From Octopus bimaculoides (taxonomy: Eukaryota), in NCBI RefSeq assembly GCF_001194135.2, contig NC_068982.1, positions 149,699,850 to 149,750,874 of the forward strand: 51,025 bases of DNA, in the 5' to 3' direction. A program made the position numbers and the translations under genes. The notes under the pieces are model-generated. The model did no database searches. It saw only the letters and a list, made by a program, of their open reading frames with translations, and had not been told where the DNA came from. Positions 26,176 to 38,694 of this stretch are shown one piece after another (within the stretch, counting starts at the first letter, position 1; each line of letters begins with the position of its first letter).

Positions 26176-28660
26176 TTCCGTCAGCAATAACTGTTACTTC
26201 CTTTCATCGTCACCAGATCAATGATTATTGGTTTTTATCAATGTTGATACTGTTTCTCGCAAAGACACTAAACTCTTTAGCAAAAGAAACCCGAATAAGA
26301 TATTGTTGTCCATAAAGTAAATGCTTGTGAGTAGAGCTGGCTTTGAATCATTTCAATGGCCACTTATTGCAATAGACTGACATTTTAAACCAGAGAAAGT
26401 GTAAAAGCTAGAGAGAGGAGGGAGACAGACAGACAGATAGGCAGACACACGTACGCACATACACGCGTGCGCTCACAGACACAAATACAACACTTAGAAA
26501 TAACCAAAACAACTCATCGTAGAAGTGGAGTAGAAAAAAAAATGGTATCAATACTTACTCCTTATAAACAACAAGGTAAGTGAGATGAGAGAAAGTACTC
26601 AAAAATGATTTTTTTTTATGGGTTAGTTAAAGGTGGAAGAAGAGCACTAGTGACATTGTGTAGAGATTCTGAGATATTTGGGATAAACGTAGAAGGCGAT
26701 CTTGATCTCTTCTAAATAGAGACTTGCACTTGAATGTTCAAATCATAGTAGACTCCACTAAATACGCCCAAGTCTGGCGGTTAAACTAAAGAACAACTGA
26801 GGTCTAACACCCACACTAACTGTAGAGGTATTTAGCATCACCTCATTTATTTGGTTATTCTCAATTGATCGAAGTTGTTTATTTCACTATATTACATAAA
26901 TACCGGATTTGTATTTACTATATAGAACATTCTCTCAGTCATAGCTTTGGCAACACCACGGTGCCTACAGTTCATGTGAAACTGGTGAATAGTTGCTAAT
27001 ATTGATATCACGATAGTAAACGCTAGTTTGAGAAACTATCCGTTGGAATTCTTGCATTGTACTAGGCTTCTTTTTTTAACCCTAAAGTTTCATAGAAAAA
27101 CGAATCAGTATAACAGGACATTATATAGGAAGAGGCAATGCTCACTCACTACTGATGATTATGAACGTCTTTAAATGGTATTCAGCAAATAATCTTCAAC
27201 TTGAAAATTACGGTTATCGTCAAGCAGTCTACTGAGAAATTAAAATGTCATTTAGTCTAATAAATAAAAATTTACAACTGCAGAGAAGAGAAAGTATACA
27301 GCTTGGTCACTTAACATTTTTCAAAGTACTTAGTTGTGAATTGAATAGTAAGAACATTACTGCTACTATCAAACACGCATGCATTGCCACTAATAGCTTA
27401 ACAAAGGGGAACGAGACTGACTCAGACACAAAAGATAACAATGCTTGAGATCTATTATAGATTTAATCTCCCATCCTAAAACATCACATACGACGCAACA
27501 AAGAAGACTTAGCGACTGAACATTTCCAGAAGAGACAAAAGCAGCTGACGAGTGAACATAATAGGACATTTTAAGAAAGTGATTATTAATATTGCATATT
27601 ATCTTTCATGCTCATTTTAAATCTTTTCCACCCCATCATTGCATAATGGCAGAAAATTTCTCCTCAGAAATTTGTTTAGATTTCTAACAGCTAAGCTCCA
27701 TGATATCGAAAAATAGTATGACTGATTATGATAATAACAACGATGAAAATCTAAATCTCAAAAATGAATATATTCATTTCGCATGAATAATGAAAATTGA
27801 AAACAAGACAAGTTATCTTTCCTCGGTATAAAAAATCTGGTTTAAATGGAACATCACAATTAACAACATTTTATATACAGTCTTATACAGTCACAACGTC
27901 TGCACTCCTGGTACATTAGGAACATCTACCGTTCTCATAATATGAATGTTAATACCAATGTGAGAAAGTAATTTTCTGAAAAGATGCTCGTATTCTTTTA
28001 TTAGAATGTTCTACACCAGTAAAAGTATATTTGAAGGCGTGTGTTGCAAAGCTACTAATTATTTCTTGTTAATTTTTAATGATCCCTGTATTAATAAATG
28101 TGTTAACATTAAATGGCGCCTCTGAAATGGCATCACTAAGTAATTGATTCATTGAACAATTTTATTTTTCTCTGTCAAACAATAGACAATCAACACTAGT
28201 TGATACACGAAGTCGTAATATAACCGTCTTAGCCTTTTAATATTCCTTGCATTATATCAATATTATATTAACTACTGATATCAGACATGTATGTATGTAC
28301 GTATGTATGTATGTAGGTATGTATGTATGTATGTATGTATGTATGTATGTATGTCATAGATCTAGGCTTTTTGAAAAATGTTGCAAAGCCATCAAATTAT
28401 ATAATTCTATTCACGGTGGGCCATAAATCCACGAAGGTGTTTCAGTATTTAATAAGTTCTTAATTTTTTGTTTTAAATTTACAATACCACAGTAGCATCC
28501 ATCAATCCATCCATTCATCCACATATACACGCACACACACACATCCACACACACACATACACACGCAAACACATAGATATATGTGTGTGTGTGTGTGTGT
28601 ACGAGTGAGTGAACAAACGAAAGAAGGGCACTCAACCAATTTATTGTAAGTTACATGTAT

Positions 28661-28775
28661 GGATCAAAACTGGTTGATTCAAATTTGTTGGTACTCTTGA
28701 GTTTCAAGTGCGACGGTTAGCATCGCACTTGAAACTCAAGAGTACCAACAAATTTGAATCAAACTGTTTTGATCC
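28661..28775. mobile_element. Short near-perfect hairpin MITE next to (TA)n; half-copy at about 5700-5770
   Basis: GGATCAAAAC..GATTCAAATTTGTTGGTACTCTTGAGTTTCAAGTGCGA / TCGCACTTGAAACTCAAGAGTACCAACAAATTTGAATC..GTTTTGATCC. Confidence 0.85.
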
Positions 28776-28942
28776 TTATATATNNNNNNNNNNNNNNNNN
28801 NNNNNNNNNNNNNNNNNNNNNNNNNNNNNNNNNNNNNNNNNNNNNNNNNNNNNNNNNNNNNNNNNNNNNNNNNNNNNNNNNNNNNNNNNNNNNNNNNNNN
28901 NNNNNNNNNNNNNNNNNNNNNNNNNNNNNNNNNNNNNNNNNN

Positions 28943-29173
28943 ACTCAGATATCTGGATGGTTGTACATTTACAGATTTTTATTAATATGTCACATGCTTT
29001 ATAAATATTAGCGCTTGCACCTATTCTTGTAGGGTTTTCAAATATTTAAAAACCCTATATTTGAAAACCCATATTTGAAAACCCTACAAGAATAGGTGCA
29101 AACGCTAATATTTATAAAACATGTGACATATTAATAAAAATCTGTAAATGTACAACCATCCAGATATCTGAGT
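28943..29173. mobile_element. Hairpin MITE with about 100-bp arms; left arm runs into the gap
   Basis: ACTCAGATATCTGGATGG...GTAGGGTTTTCAAATAT mirrored by ATATTTGAAAACCCTAC...CCATCCAGATATCTGAGT. Confidence 0.9.
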
Positions 29174-29224
29174 ACCTTATTATTTTTTCTAATATATAAT
29201 TCCTGTACATCACCTCCAAACCTT

Positions 29225-29870
29225 CCAATTCCTACTTACTTTTCACCCACCCTGTATATATATACAGGGTGGGTGAAAAGTAAGTAGGAATTAGAAATTG
29301 GTAATAAAATCCATAATCCTTTTACAAATTTATTCAAACAAATGATATATGTTCTTCACAACATGGGAAAATGAAAGTAAATCTTCATATTTTAACGTGA
29401 GCACCAGTGGCGTCAACCAGTTTCCACAAACGGCCTGGGATGGAATGAACAACATTCGGAAGGATACTGTCTTGGATATCATTGAGAACCTCCTGAATCC
29501 GTGTCTCCAAGTGTGCGAGGTTTTGTCTTGTACACTCTTTTGTGTAATCCCACAGGTAAAAAAATCACATGGAGTGAGATCTGGGCTTCTTGGAGTTCTG
29601 GACTTCTGCGGTCACAGTCTTGAGGTTTTAGCTCCTGCATGTAATGGGATTTCCACGGACGAAAATTCAATTCTTTATGCAAGACCGTACGTATTGTTAG
29701 CCCCCATAGTGACCGAGAAAATCGATTAAAACTTTTCTAATGGAATTCCCCTGTTTCTTCCGCCATTAAAACAACCAGTTGTTCACACAGCCGGCACATA
29801 CCATTTCGCTAGCAACAAGGGAAGTACAGGATGACAGTCAGCCAAAACTTTCGCTATGCTGTCTCTCTTC
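29225..29870 (-). mobile_element. Internally deleted IS630-Tc1-mariner element (DD37D/DD41D-like) with back-to-back TIRs
   Basis: Minus strand LHKELNFRPWKSHYMQELKPQDCDR joined directly to PRSPDLTPCDFF..VYKTKPRTL..RLWKLVDATGAHV; CAGGGTGGGTGAAAAGTAAGTAGGAAT at 29265 and its reverse complement at 29225-29254. Confidence 0.75.
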
Positions 29871-30924
29871 TTTCACCTCTTTGTGGGGTTAATAATCTTA
29901 ATCTTTTGTTACAGTTTCTCATTCAAACTACATAACAGGCAGAATTGTCGGATTAAGACAGTAGGGTGTTTTGAGGGAGATTTGGCAGCTATTTGTACCA
30001 GGTCTAGCTACTATGTAGATGTCTGAACTTAATTTTCATTCACATATTTGCATTTCAAAAAATTAACATAATCCTTTCCATAATTCAACTATCGTAAAAA
30101 TTTTATACGATGACCTCACATTTTCTATGTATGTGTGTGTACCTTACAAGACGTCAATAATCACGGCACACACCTTCACTCACTCACTCTACCTCTCTTT
30201 CTCACCCTCTTTCTTTCTCACATACACACGCGCAAGCACGCACGCACGCACACACACACGTCCATTTCATATATCTTCTTTCAATTTCTGCTCTCTGCAA
30301 ATAAATTGTTTTACGGATACAACTGCTTACAAAAATAGGGATTAATGTATAATCTCTTTCTATGTTCATAATTAAATCAATGTTTTAATGATTAGACAGA
30401 GGTCCAATAGAATAGCGCTCAGAAACAGACTACGTACAAATTCGTTCTTCACAACTCCTGAAGCTGTTTTCTGACAAGGGGGCGGGAGTAAAGAAATTTT
30501 CATGCAGCTGTGGCTCCAATCGAAACAGGGGACCCGAAATGATAAGGTTGAGAAACGCTGTTATAGATTATGCCTAACCGAAAACGATCACAGTCACATC
30601 ATCCAAACAGACCAGGTGAAATCGGGCTTAGCTGCTAGTATATATATATAATAGATAGGTAGGAAAAAATCACCTCTAAATAGAAAAATTATTTAAAATT
30701 TTTATTAAAATTTCATGGCCTACTCTGGATAAAACAATGAGAATAATGTCTTAACTGATATTGCAAACTCATTGACTATAGTGTTAAACATAATAAGTGA
30801 AACGGAATAATTATAACAAGAATCGTAGCATTCACTTGTTGTTAATAGGCTTAGATTTCTAACATAGACACACTGCTGAAGGAATTGTCGATGAGTGCTC
30901 ATTATTTATTTAACTGATACATAT

Positions 30925-31030
30925 TTTATCGACCTCGGAAATATGAAAGGTAAAATCGACTTCTCTGGAATTTAGACACATCAGAACATAAGCAGAAAGT
31001 AAAGAGATGTAACCGAATATTGTAAGGTAT
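30925..31030 (-). mobile_element. SINE family C fragment
   Basis: TTTATCGACCTCGGAAAT.TGAAAGGTAAAATCGAC..GGAATTT. Confidence 0.65.
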
Positions 31031-31156
31031 TTTATTCATTTCTTTACTGATCCTTCAAACCTATCGCTATCACTTCTGCAAGATAAAAACACATCTAAGA
31101 TCCAGGAATCACAACTACAAGGATTGTAAGTGTTTGTAAAATAGTTCTTTGCACAC

Positions 31157-31181
31157 CTATACAACTTTTCCAAGATGTACT

Positions 31182-31245
<64 letters not shown>

Positions 31246-31261
31246 CATCATTATTATTATT
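31157..31261 (+). mobile_element. Extremely 5'-truncated retroposon: 27-bp stub plus (ATT)n tail with 16-bp TSD
   Basis: ATAGTTCTTTGCACAC at 31141-31156 and 31262-31277. Confidence 0.6.
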
Positions 31262-31378
31262 ATAGTTCTTTGCACACAATATAGGCAGCGTGACTGCACG
31301 TAACCTGGCATCGCATTGTAATCAAGCCACCTGCTCAACGACCTCGGGTCACTAGATATAGATGTGGCGATCATCAAC

Positions 31379-31419
<41 letters not shown>

Positions 31420-31449
31420 TTACTTGGAAAAGGATGCGTGGCGTTCGAT

Positions 31450-31489
<40 letters not shown>

Positions 31490-31533
31490 ATGTATGTATG
31501 TATGTATATATGTATGTATGTGTGTGTGTATAT

Positions 31534-31581
<48 letters not shown>

Positions 31582-32100
31582 ATAATTTTAAATTTGGGTA
31601 TACACTGTATTCGGTTACCTGATGCACCTATGATGCACCACAACTATTTGTACAGCTTTTCACCCACAAGGCACAGGTGCATGATGGGTAAAAACGATCG
31701 TAGTGTATAATAGAGTCTCGTGAATTCTATTTTCTTTCTCTCATATGCTGTATACATATAATTTAATATACGCAGGATTTAATTTCGAGCTATTACTGTG
31801 AAAACACGATTGTTGGTCATTGTATTGTGTGCTGTATGCTTCCAAGCAATCTTTCAGACTCTTCGGACACAAATATACAACATGGCTGCTTTTCTTTCTT
31901 TAATTTTAGTTATTTGCTTTTTTTTTTTTTTTTTTTTTTNNNNNNNNNNNNNNNNNNNNNNNNNNNNNNNNNNNNNNNNNNNNNNNNNNNNNNNNNNNNN
32001 NNNNNNNNNNNNNNNNNNNNNNNNNNNNNNNNNNNNNNNNNNNNNNNNNNNNNNNNNNNNNNNNNNNNNNNNNNNNNNNNNNNNNNNNNNNNNNNNNNNN

Positions 32101-32149
<49 letters not shown>

Positions 32150-32309
32150 CTGGATAGATGATATAGATATACATACATATATACAAATATATATATATGC
32201 ATATATATATAAATATATATACATATATATACACACTTATATATACTCACACACACATACACATATATGCATATATATATGCACAAACACATACACACAC
32301 ATATAGCTG

Positions 32310-32315
32310 GCTAGC

Positions 32316-32367
<52 letters not shown>

Positions 32368-32614
32368 TAGATAGATAGATAGATAGATACAGATATAGAT
32401 ACAATATGGAAAGTAGGATTTGATTTGATATTTCTACATAGAAACGAAATAGAAGCTCCTCCATTGTTGTTGTTGACGATGATGATGATGATGATGATGA
32501 TGATAATGATGATGATGACGACGACGACGATGATGAGATTGACGACAACGGTGATGGATTTTAAAAAAATATTGTATTTTAATGAATTAATAAAAATCTT
32601 GAAAACAGTTCAAA

Positions 32615-32658
<44 letters not shown>

Positions 32659-32893
32659 CCCCTTTCTTCCTTCCAGCCCTCTATTCCTTTCTTCCTTCCT
32701 TCCTTCTATTAATAAAGATGTCCGTATGTCTTAATTATGGAAGTAGAAATAAAAACTGATCTGATCCGATCCCTCCCGCGATCCGGTCCAATCCGGCATG
32801 ATATTCTATCTTGGATTCTTTAGGCAACGGCCTAGGAATAAATGGAATGTAAGACTAGACAGGATCCTTACTTATCTATTTATTTATTCATTT

Positions 32894-32947
<54 letters not shown>

Positions 32948-32950
32948 TGA

Positions 32951-32998
<48 letters not shown>

Positions 32999-33228
32999 CA
33001 GCAGCAGCTGCGACATGCTAAGTGGAAAACAAGAATGTCGACTGGATAAGCAGAAAATGAATTAAAATTGTTGAATGAAGTGCTTTATAAATAATATCAA
33101 TAATAACAATAGTAATAATAACAGTAAAAATATCTACAATGATAAAGACGACAACGATGACAATGTTGATGATGATGATGATGATGATGATGATGACGAT
33201 GATGATGACGGTGGTTGTGGTGATGAAA

Positions 33229-33262
<34 letters not shown>
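32310..33262. repeat. Dense microsatellite cluster: (ACAG), (ATAG), (GAT), (CTAT), (AG), (TAG), (TAT)
   Basis: Directly visible. Confidence 0.95.
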
Positions 33263-33263
<1 letters not shown>

Positions 33264-33375
33264 GGCGGTGAGCTGGAAGAATCGTTAGCACGCCGTATGA
33301 GTTCAAATTCCGACGAGGTCGATTTTGCCTTTCATCCTTTCGGAGTTGATTAAATAAGTACCAGTTGCGCACTAG
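33262..33375 (+). mobile_element. SINE family C
   Basis: AAGGCGGTGAGCTGGAAGAATCGTTAGCACGCC..GAGTTCAAATTCCGACGAGGTCGA..CATCCTTTCGGAG. Confidence 0.8.
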
Positions 33376-33384
33376 ATCAGATTA

Positions 33385-33750
33385 TTATTATTATTACAGA
33401 CGTCGCACAGTATACGATATCGTGAGGTTGTTGATTGAAGATATTGTGGCTACCAGGGGATTGTACTGTTTGTCAAATCACAACAAGGACTTCAGACAGT
33501 ACTTTATGCAATATGCGTGCAGTTCTAAGTAATGCTGACTTTTGCTATGCATCTAGATTGTAGGGTATCTCTATGTTTTTCAGATGTTTTTTTCAGATTG
33601 GGTGGTATTGAACCCAATGCTCCGATGACTATAGGGTTAACCTTTATGTTCGACTGTCGTAGCTGCCACAACTTAGTGATCTCAATTCTCAGGTCTCCAT
33701 ATTTATCAACTTTTTCTCTTTCTTTCATGATGATATGTGGATCTCCTTGC
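33385..33750 (-). mobile_element. R4/Dong-type LINE 3' end (RLE domain C-terminus, 3' UTR, (TAA)n tail)
   Basis: MKEREKVDKYGDLRIEITKLWQL..VNPIVIGALGSIPPNLKK; (TAA)n on the minus strand at about 33383-33396. Confidence 0.85.
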
Positions 33751-33990
33751 CATCAAAATATAGGGCAAGATATTGCAACAGCCTGGGCTTTTAAGGACCA
33801 CAGCTATTCAATATCCTCCGAAGGACCTGAGAGACCTGGATGGGGTGGATGTAGGTGTTTTCAAAATGAAATTAGATCTCTTACTGTCAAGTGTCCCAGA
33901 TGAACCAATTTCACATCAGGAAGTGCAAATGAGAGCAGCGGCATCAAACTCACTCATGCACCAAATGTCAATTTCCAAAATGAATTAGTG
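33750..33990 (+). mobile_element. CR1-clade LINE 3' end
   Basis: GPQLFNI..DLRDLDGVDVGVFKMKLDLLLSSVPDEP..RAAASNSLMHQM; homologous to 7180-7370. Confidence 0.85.
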
Positions 33991-34062
33991 AAGTAAAAGC
34001 TATATGGCAACAGCAAATGGTGGTGCCCCAGCAAGGCCTCAGCTCATGAACTGAAACCGGTT

Positions 34063-34135
<73 letters not shown>

Positions 34136-34142
<7 letters not shown>

Positions 34143-35162
34143 AACACTTCTATCGCCATTATATACAAACAAACCATCTTCTCTCACTATAAATATTGAA
34201 ACACGCGAGCGTAGTAAAAAACATCTCTTTCCCTGTCATCACCTGACTGATTATTATTTGAAGCGGCAACTGCCTCGTACCGTTCCCGCCAGGACGCAAA
34301 GTGACCAATCACAGCTCCTAATAAGGTCACGTGATAGTGATTTTCTAATGCTTTCCTGGAGCCCCTATTTTACTATAAATAGTTTAAATTATCCCAGCAA
34401 ATTCGTCGCGCCTCAGATCTTAGATCTGGCTGGCGTTGACCACACACGCGTAACACAGCAGCAACCAGTTTCCAGCAACGACATCAACACCATCGTACAA
34501 CTACGAGCTACAAGCATCGCCCCCGACGTCGCCAGCAGCAACACGACACTACGACTACCAGCATCGTCCCCGCCAGCGTCAACGTACACAAGCTACCAAC
34601 AGCTAACCAAACTACCGCAGAACTTCTCTCTTCAATCCTGTTTGTGTGATTCGCCTCACCACGAAATAACAGCCAAGAGCCCAGCCTGCGAAGAACATCT
34701 GTACTCAAGAACCCGGCTTGGCATGGAAGCCACAACATCACAACTAGTGATCGCTCTGCCCCACACGCCTCAACTTCTTATATACAGACACTTACCACTG
34801 TGTACTCTATGAACTGGTATCTTAAATTCTTATACGTGTTACTGACTCCTTTCTATCTGCTGTATCTCACGCATACACATACATTTATTACTTACACACA
34901 CACTTTTCATTATGTCGCATTCACTCACACACACACAGACATACAATTTAATGCTACAATAAATCTTACTGTTATTCATCTCATACGGTTGTGTTCCTAT
35001 CGTCTTCATTACTGGCATTTACGAATTCTCTATGTTATCGAAGTATAACATATCTATATATCATTTGATATATTTTTGTGTTCGACCGTGTGATGCGTTT
35101 AATAAAGGAGCCCTGTTTTTCCATTCGTCACCATTTCTCCTTTTTGGGTTCGCACGGTCGTT

Positions 35163-35168
<6 letters not shown>
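34136..35168 (+). mobile_element. Probable solo LTR inserted in (TA)n
   Basis: Starts TGTAGTGAAC and ends GTTCTTATA (imperfect inverted termini, CA>TA); flanked by (TA)n on both sides; internal CCAATCA, GTCACGTGAT, TATAAATA and a late AATAAA near 35100; CpG-rich. Confidence 0.5.
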
Positions 35169-35201
<33 letters not shown>

Positions 35202-35266
35202 NNNNNNNNNNNNNNNNNNNNNNNNNNNNNNNNNNNNNNNNNNNNNNNNNNNNNNNNNNNNNNNNN

Positions 35267-35721
35267 ATCTCTAGCCTTACGTGATACACAGCTAGTGATG
35301 AAAAATCATTCCACTCGCAAAATATTATATGCTTTTTCCAGCGACAAACTGACGCTGATCTCGAAAAAGGAGAAATAAGCTATATTAAAGCTCTGAACGA
35401 AAGATAAACAGTAACAGTACGGAATCGTAAAATATATTTGCCAACTAAATGTGGCGGACCCATAGAGAACGATGTTACTGTGGTTTTTAGCCTCAGGAAG
35501 ATATATCGTCCATCTGATTAGTATTTGCGAGGGGAGGTCATCGCTCCCATCTCTAGCCTTACGTGATACACAGCTAGTGATGAAAAATCATTCCACTCGC
35601 AAAATATTATATGCTTTTTCCAGCGACAAACTGACGCTGATCTCGAAAAAGGAGAAATAAGCTATTCTAAATCTCTGAGCGAATGGTAAACAGTAACAGT
35701 ACGGAATTGTAAAATATATTT
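35267..35721. repeat. Diverged direct repeat with 282-bp period
   Basis: 35267-35439 matches 35549-35721 with several substitutions. Confidence 0.85.
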
Positions 35722-35890
35722 CATCGCCTTGTTTTCGTTTTAAGTAGAGGCGATCTACATCAATATTTATGTGGAAATTATGTGTGCTTGTTAGTATTTT
35801 TCGGGTTTTGACATCGATGGCTCGGATCTCATCAAGCTTCCAATCAAGCAGCCCAAATGTTGGTATGAGTACTGGCACTGCGAACACATT
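35722..35890 (-). mobile_element. R4/Dong-type LINE RT C-terminal fragment
   Basis: FAVPVLIPTFGLLDWKLDEIRAIDVKTRKILT..NFHINIDVDRLYLKRKQG. Confidence 0.85.
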
Positions 35891-35907
35891 ATGTATGTAT
35901 GTATGTA

Positions 35908-36056
35908 CGACCCTGTAACTTAGCGCTTCAGCAAAAGAAAACGATAGAATAAGTACCAGATTTTAAAAATAAGTACCGGAGTCGACTTGTTCCGTTAAGA
36001 CTTTCAATGTAGTGCTTTTGATGGCCGCAGCCCAATGAGTGAAACAAGTAAAAGAT
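35908..36056 (+). mobile_element. SINE B-body fragment, opposite orientation to the composite copies
   Basis: CCCTGTAACTTAGCG..GATAGAATAAGTACC..TGGCCGCAG..TGAAACAAGTAAAAG. Confidence 0.7.
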
Positions 36057-38694
36057 AATGCCTACGTGTGCGTGTGTATATACAGGAAATACACTGTAGA
36101 GGAATTTATATGAATCAAACTGGACAGCGGTGAGTTATCATCATAGGTATATAAAGTATATATATGTTTATAAAGTATATAAAGTATATATATAAAATCT
36201 TGGAATGGTAGAAGGATGGTGTATATGTAGCACTCGATCTGATGTTTAGGCTACCTATACTCTTGAATTGTAGTCTTAAGTGAGATCGAAATTCTTCAGG
36301 TGTCAAAAGTCCAGGAGTCACATCAGTAAAAACCAATGTGTTGGTCTATCGAAGAAAATAGAATTCAAATATGAAGACGAAGAAAGAGTTTATTACATCT
36401 TTAATGACCAGTTGCAATTGTTTCTTTACTACCCTGTTTTTAAAGCGGATTCCCGCGAAGCTCCATAGGTAATATTTGCGGTTTTAAACATTGGGTGCGC
36501 ACTTAAATTGTGCGTCTGCCAAGCGATGTGTTTTGCTTGTATCGGGAAGAAACAAAAACCTAAAGAAAAAAGAAAAAGAAAAATACTTGCCCGACACTCA
36601 GTGTAAGAGCTCACCTTTGATACAGGTCTGATGAAGTGCCACTCAATTGTTTAAAACTACAATTATTGCCTAACTTTTCACATGGAAATTTTGCCTGAAT
36701 TGGCGTTAAAAACAGAATTGGTACAGAAACAATTATATATATATATATATATATNNNNNNNNNNNNNNNNNNNNNNNNNNNNNNNNNNNNNNNNNNNNNN
36801 NNNNNNNNNNNNNNNNNNNNNNNNNNNNNNNNNNNNNNNNNNNNNNNNNNNNNNNNNNNNNNNNNNNNNNNNNNNNNNNNNNNNNNNNNNNNNNNNNNNN
36901 NNNNNNNNNNNNNNNNNNNNNNNNNNNNNNNNNNNNNNNNNNNNNNNNNNNNNNNNNNNNNNNNNNNNNNNNNNNNNNNNNNNNNNNNNNNNNNNNNNNN
37001 NNNNNNNNNNNNNNNNNNNNNNGTGTGTGTGAATGAAAATACAGCTGTGAATAATACCTGTCACTCTTTGTTACACTTGCTCCAGTCCACTTCCATCCCG
37101 GTTAAACGTGACAAAGAAACACTTTACTTTTTCGACTGTCACTCATTCACTCTTTATTTGTTCTTTGACAGTTTTCTGATTCTTTAGCGAGACAGCGAAC
37201 AAATACACGAAACTCCCTTTTATAACGGGAGAACTAGATTAAACAGGGAAAATGTTAATTTTTTTCATTTATTAAAAATTGCTAAAAAAAAAAAAAGAAG
37301 GAAAATTAAAAATTTTATTGAATATGATTCTTTCTACAGCAATTGACAATAGCGTTACATTTGGAAACGGAAATTCTATTGTTTTTGTTTTTAATAGTAA
37401 TGTACATACTTCAACAAATAAGGATAAAACATGCCAAGCAATGCTTATTGTTGCCAACTTATAAACTTTAAAAACTTTCTTTATTTCTTTTTAGAATTTA
37501 TTAATTGAAAACTCTTTCCTCAAGTCCTCAAAAATCAACATGGCGTGACAAATCGGTTACAATACTTAGCAGTGACAAGCTATGCAGCTTGTCTTGGAGC
37601 ATACCTGCTCTTTGGGATTATACCTTAAATACATACATATATATATATTAGTAATATCAACGCCAAGCAGTGTTTAGGCATAAGCGGACTTTAGGTTAGT
37701 TAAAATATATTTGTGACATATTTCGACTTCTAAAAGCAAATTCTCTACAGTTACCGCGGAGAAATATTCTCTCTTATGATAAAAAAAAGGTGTAGAGTCA
37801 CTATATCTGTCGCCTCCTGCTGGATTCCCAGACATTGATGTTTTTAGCTCTTTAGACGTTATTAATGGGAAATACCTAAGGGAGACAACTCTGGACATAC
37901 ATCATCAAGGCCATAGCTTTAGCTAAAATACAGTCAACAACATTGACTGATTTGCGCCAATAGACCGCTGAGGTCGTGGAAATTACTGTGTGTGTGTGTG
38001 CGCGCGCGCGCGCGCACATATGATTTACTGTTCCGTGATGGTAAGATCAACAAAAGAAAGTACTCCATCTGGTGGGAAATAAATATTATTTAATAGACAC
38101 AATACATGTTTTTATGTGCTACTAATAGTTTCATGTGTTGAGAAATACCTCAAACATATTCATCAGGCACAAATCATGTATCATAACGAATTAAAAATTG
38201 GATGAGAGAAGAAACGGAAAAAGTTGAGAAGGAATCATATAGAAAACGTGAAAGATTAAAAAGCGGAAAATGAAAAGTAAAAAATAAAAAAGATAAAGGA
38301 GTTATCCTCCTTAAACTTAAATCATAAGGCTGGAAAAATCAGGTATTTGTTGAGTTTTCTAATTCTTTAACATTTACCTAGACATATGTTTACAACCGCT
38401 GAAAATTTCAGACCTAGAGTTCTCTCTCTCTCTCTCTGGGTATATACGTATTATCACACATTACTTTCATTTTATTTAAAACTTCGTCAAGTAACGTTTA
38501 CTTACTTTCATTTTATGATACACAGCTATCACGCACAAGATGCTTGGTTCCAAATCCTGTTTTCTGATTGGGTAAACATGATCAAACTTTAAACCTCTGT
38601 AACATTTTTCTAAAATTTTTCTGGAATAAATGAATCACGAAATGGATTCAGCAGGAAAAAGTACATCAATATACAAAATTTGAAAATTTTTACT

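Noticed and set aside
27543-27580. CTGACGAG motif
   Set aside because: No properly placed stem II-GAAA, so not a hammerhead.
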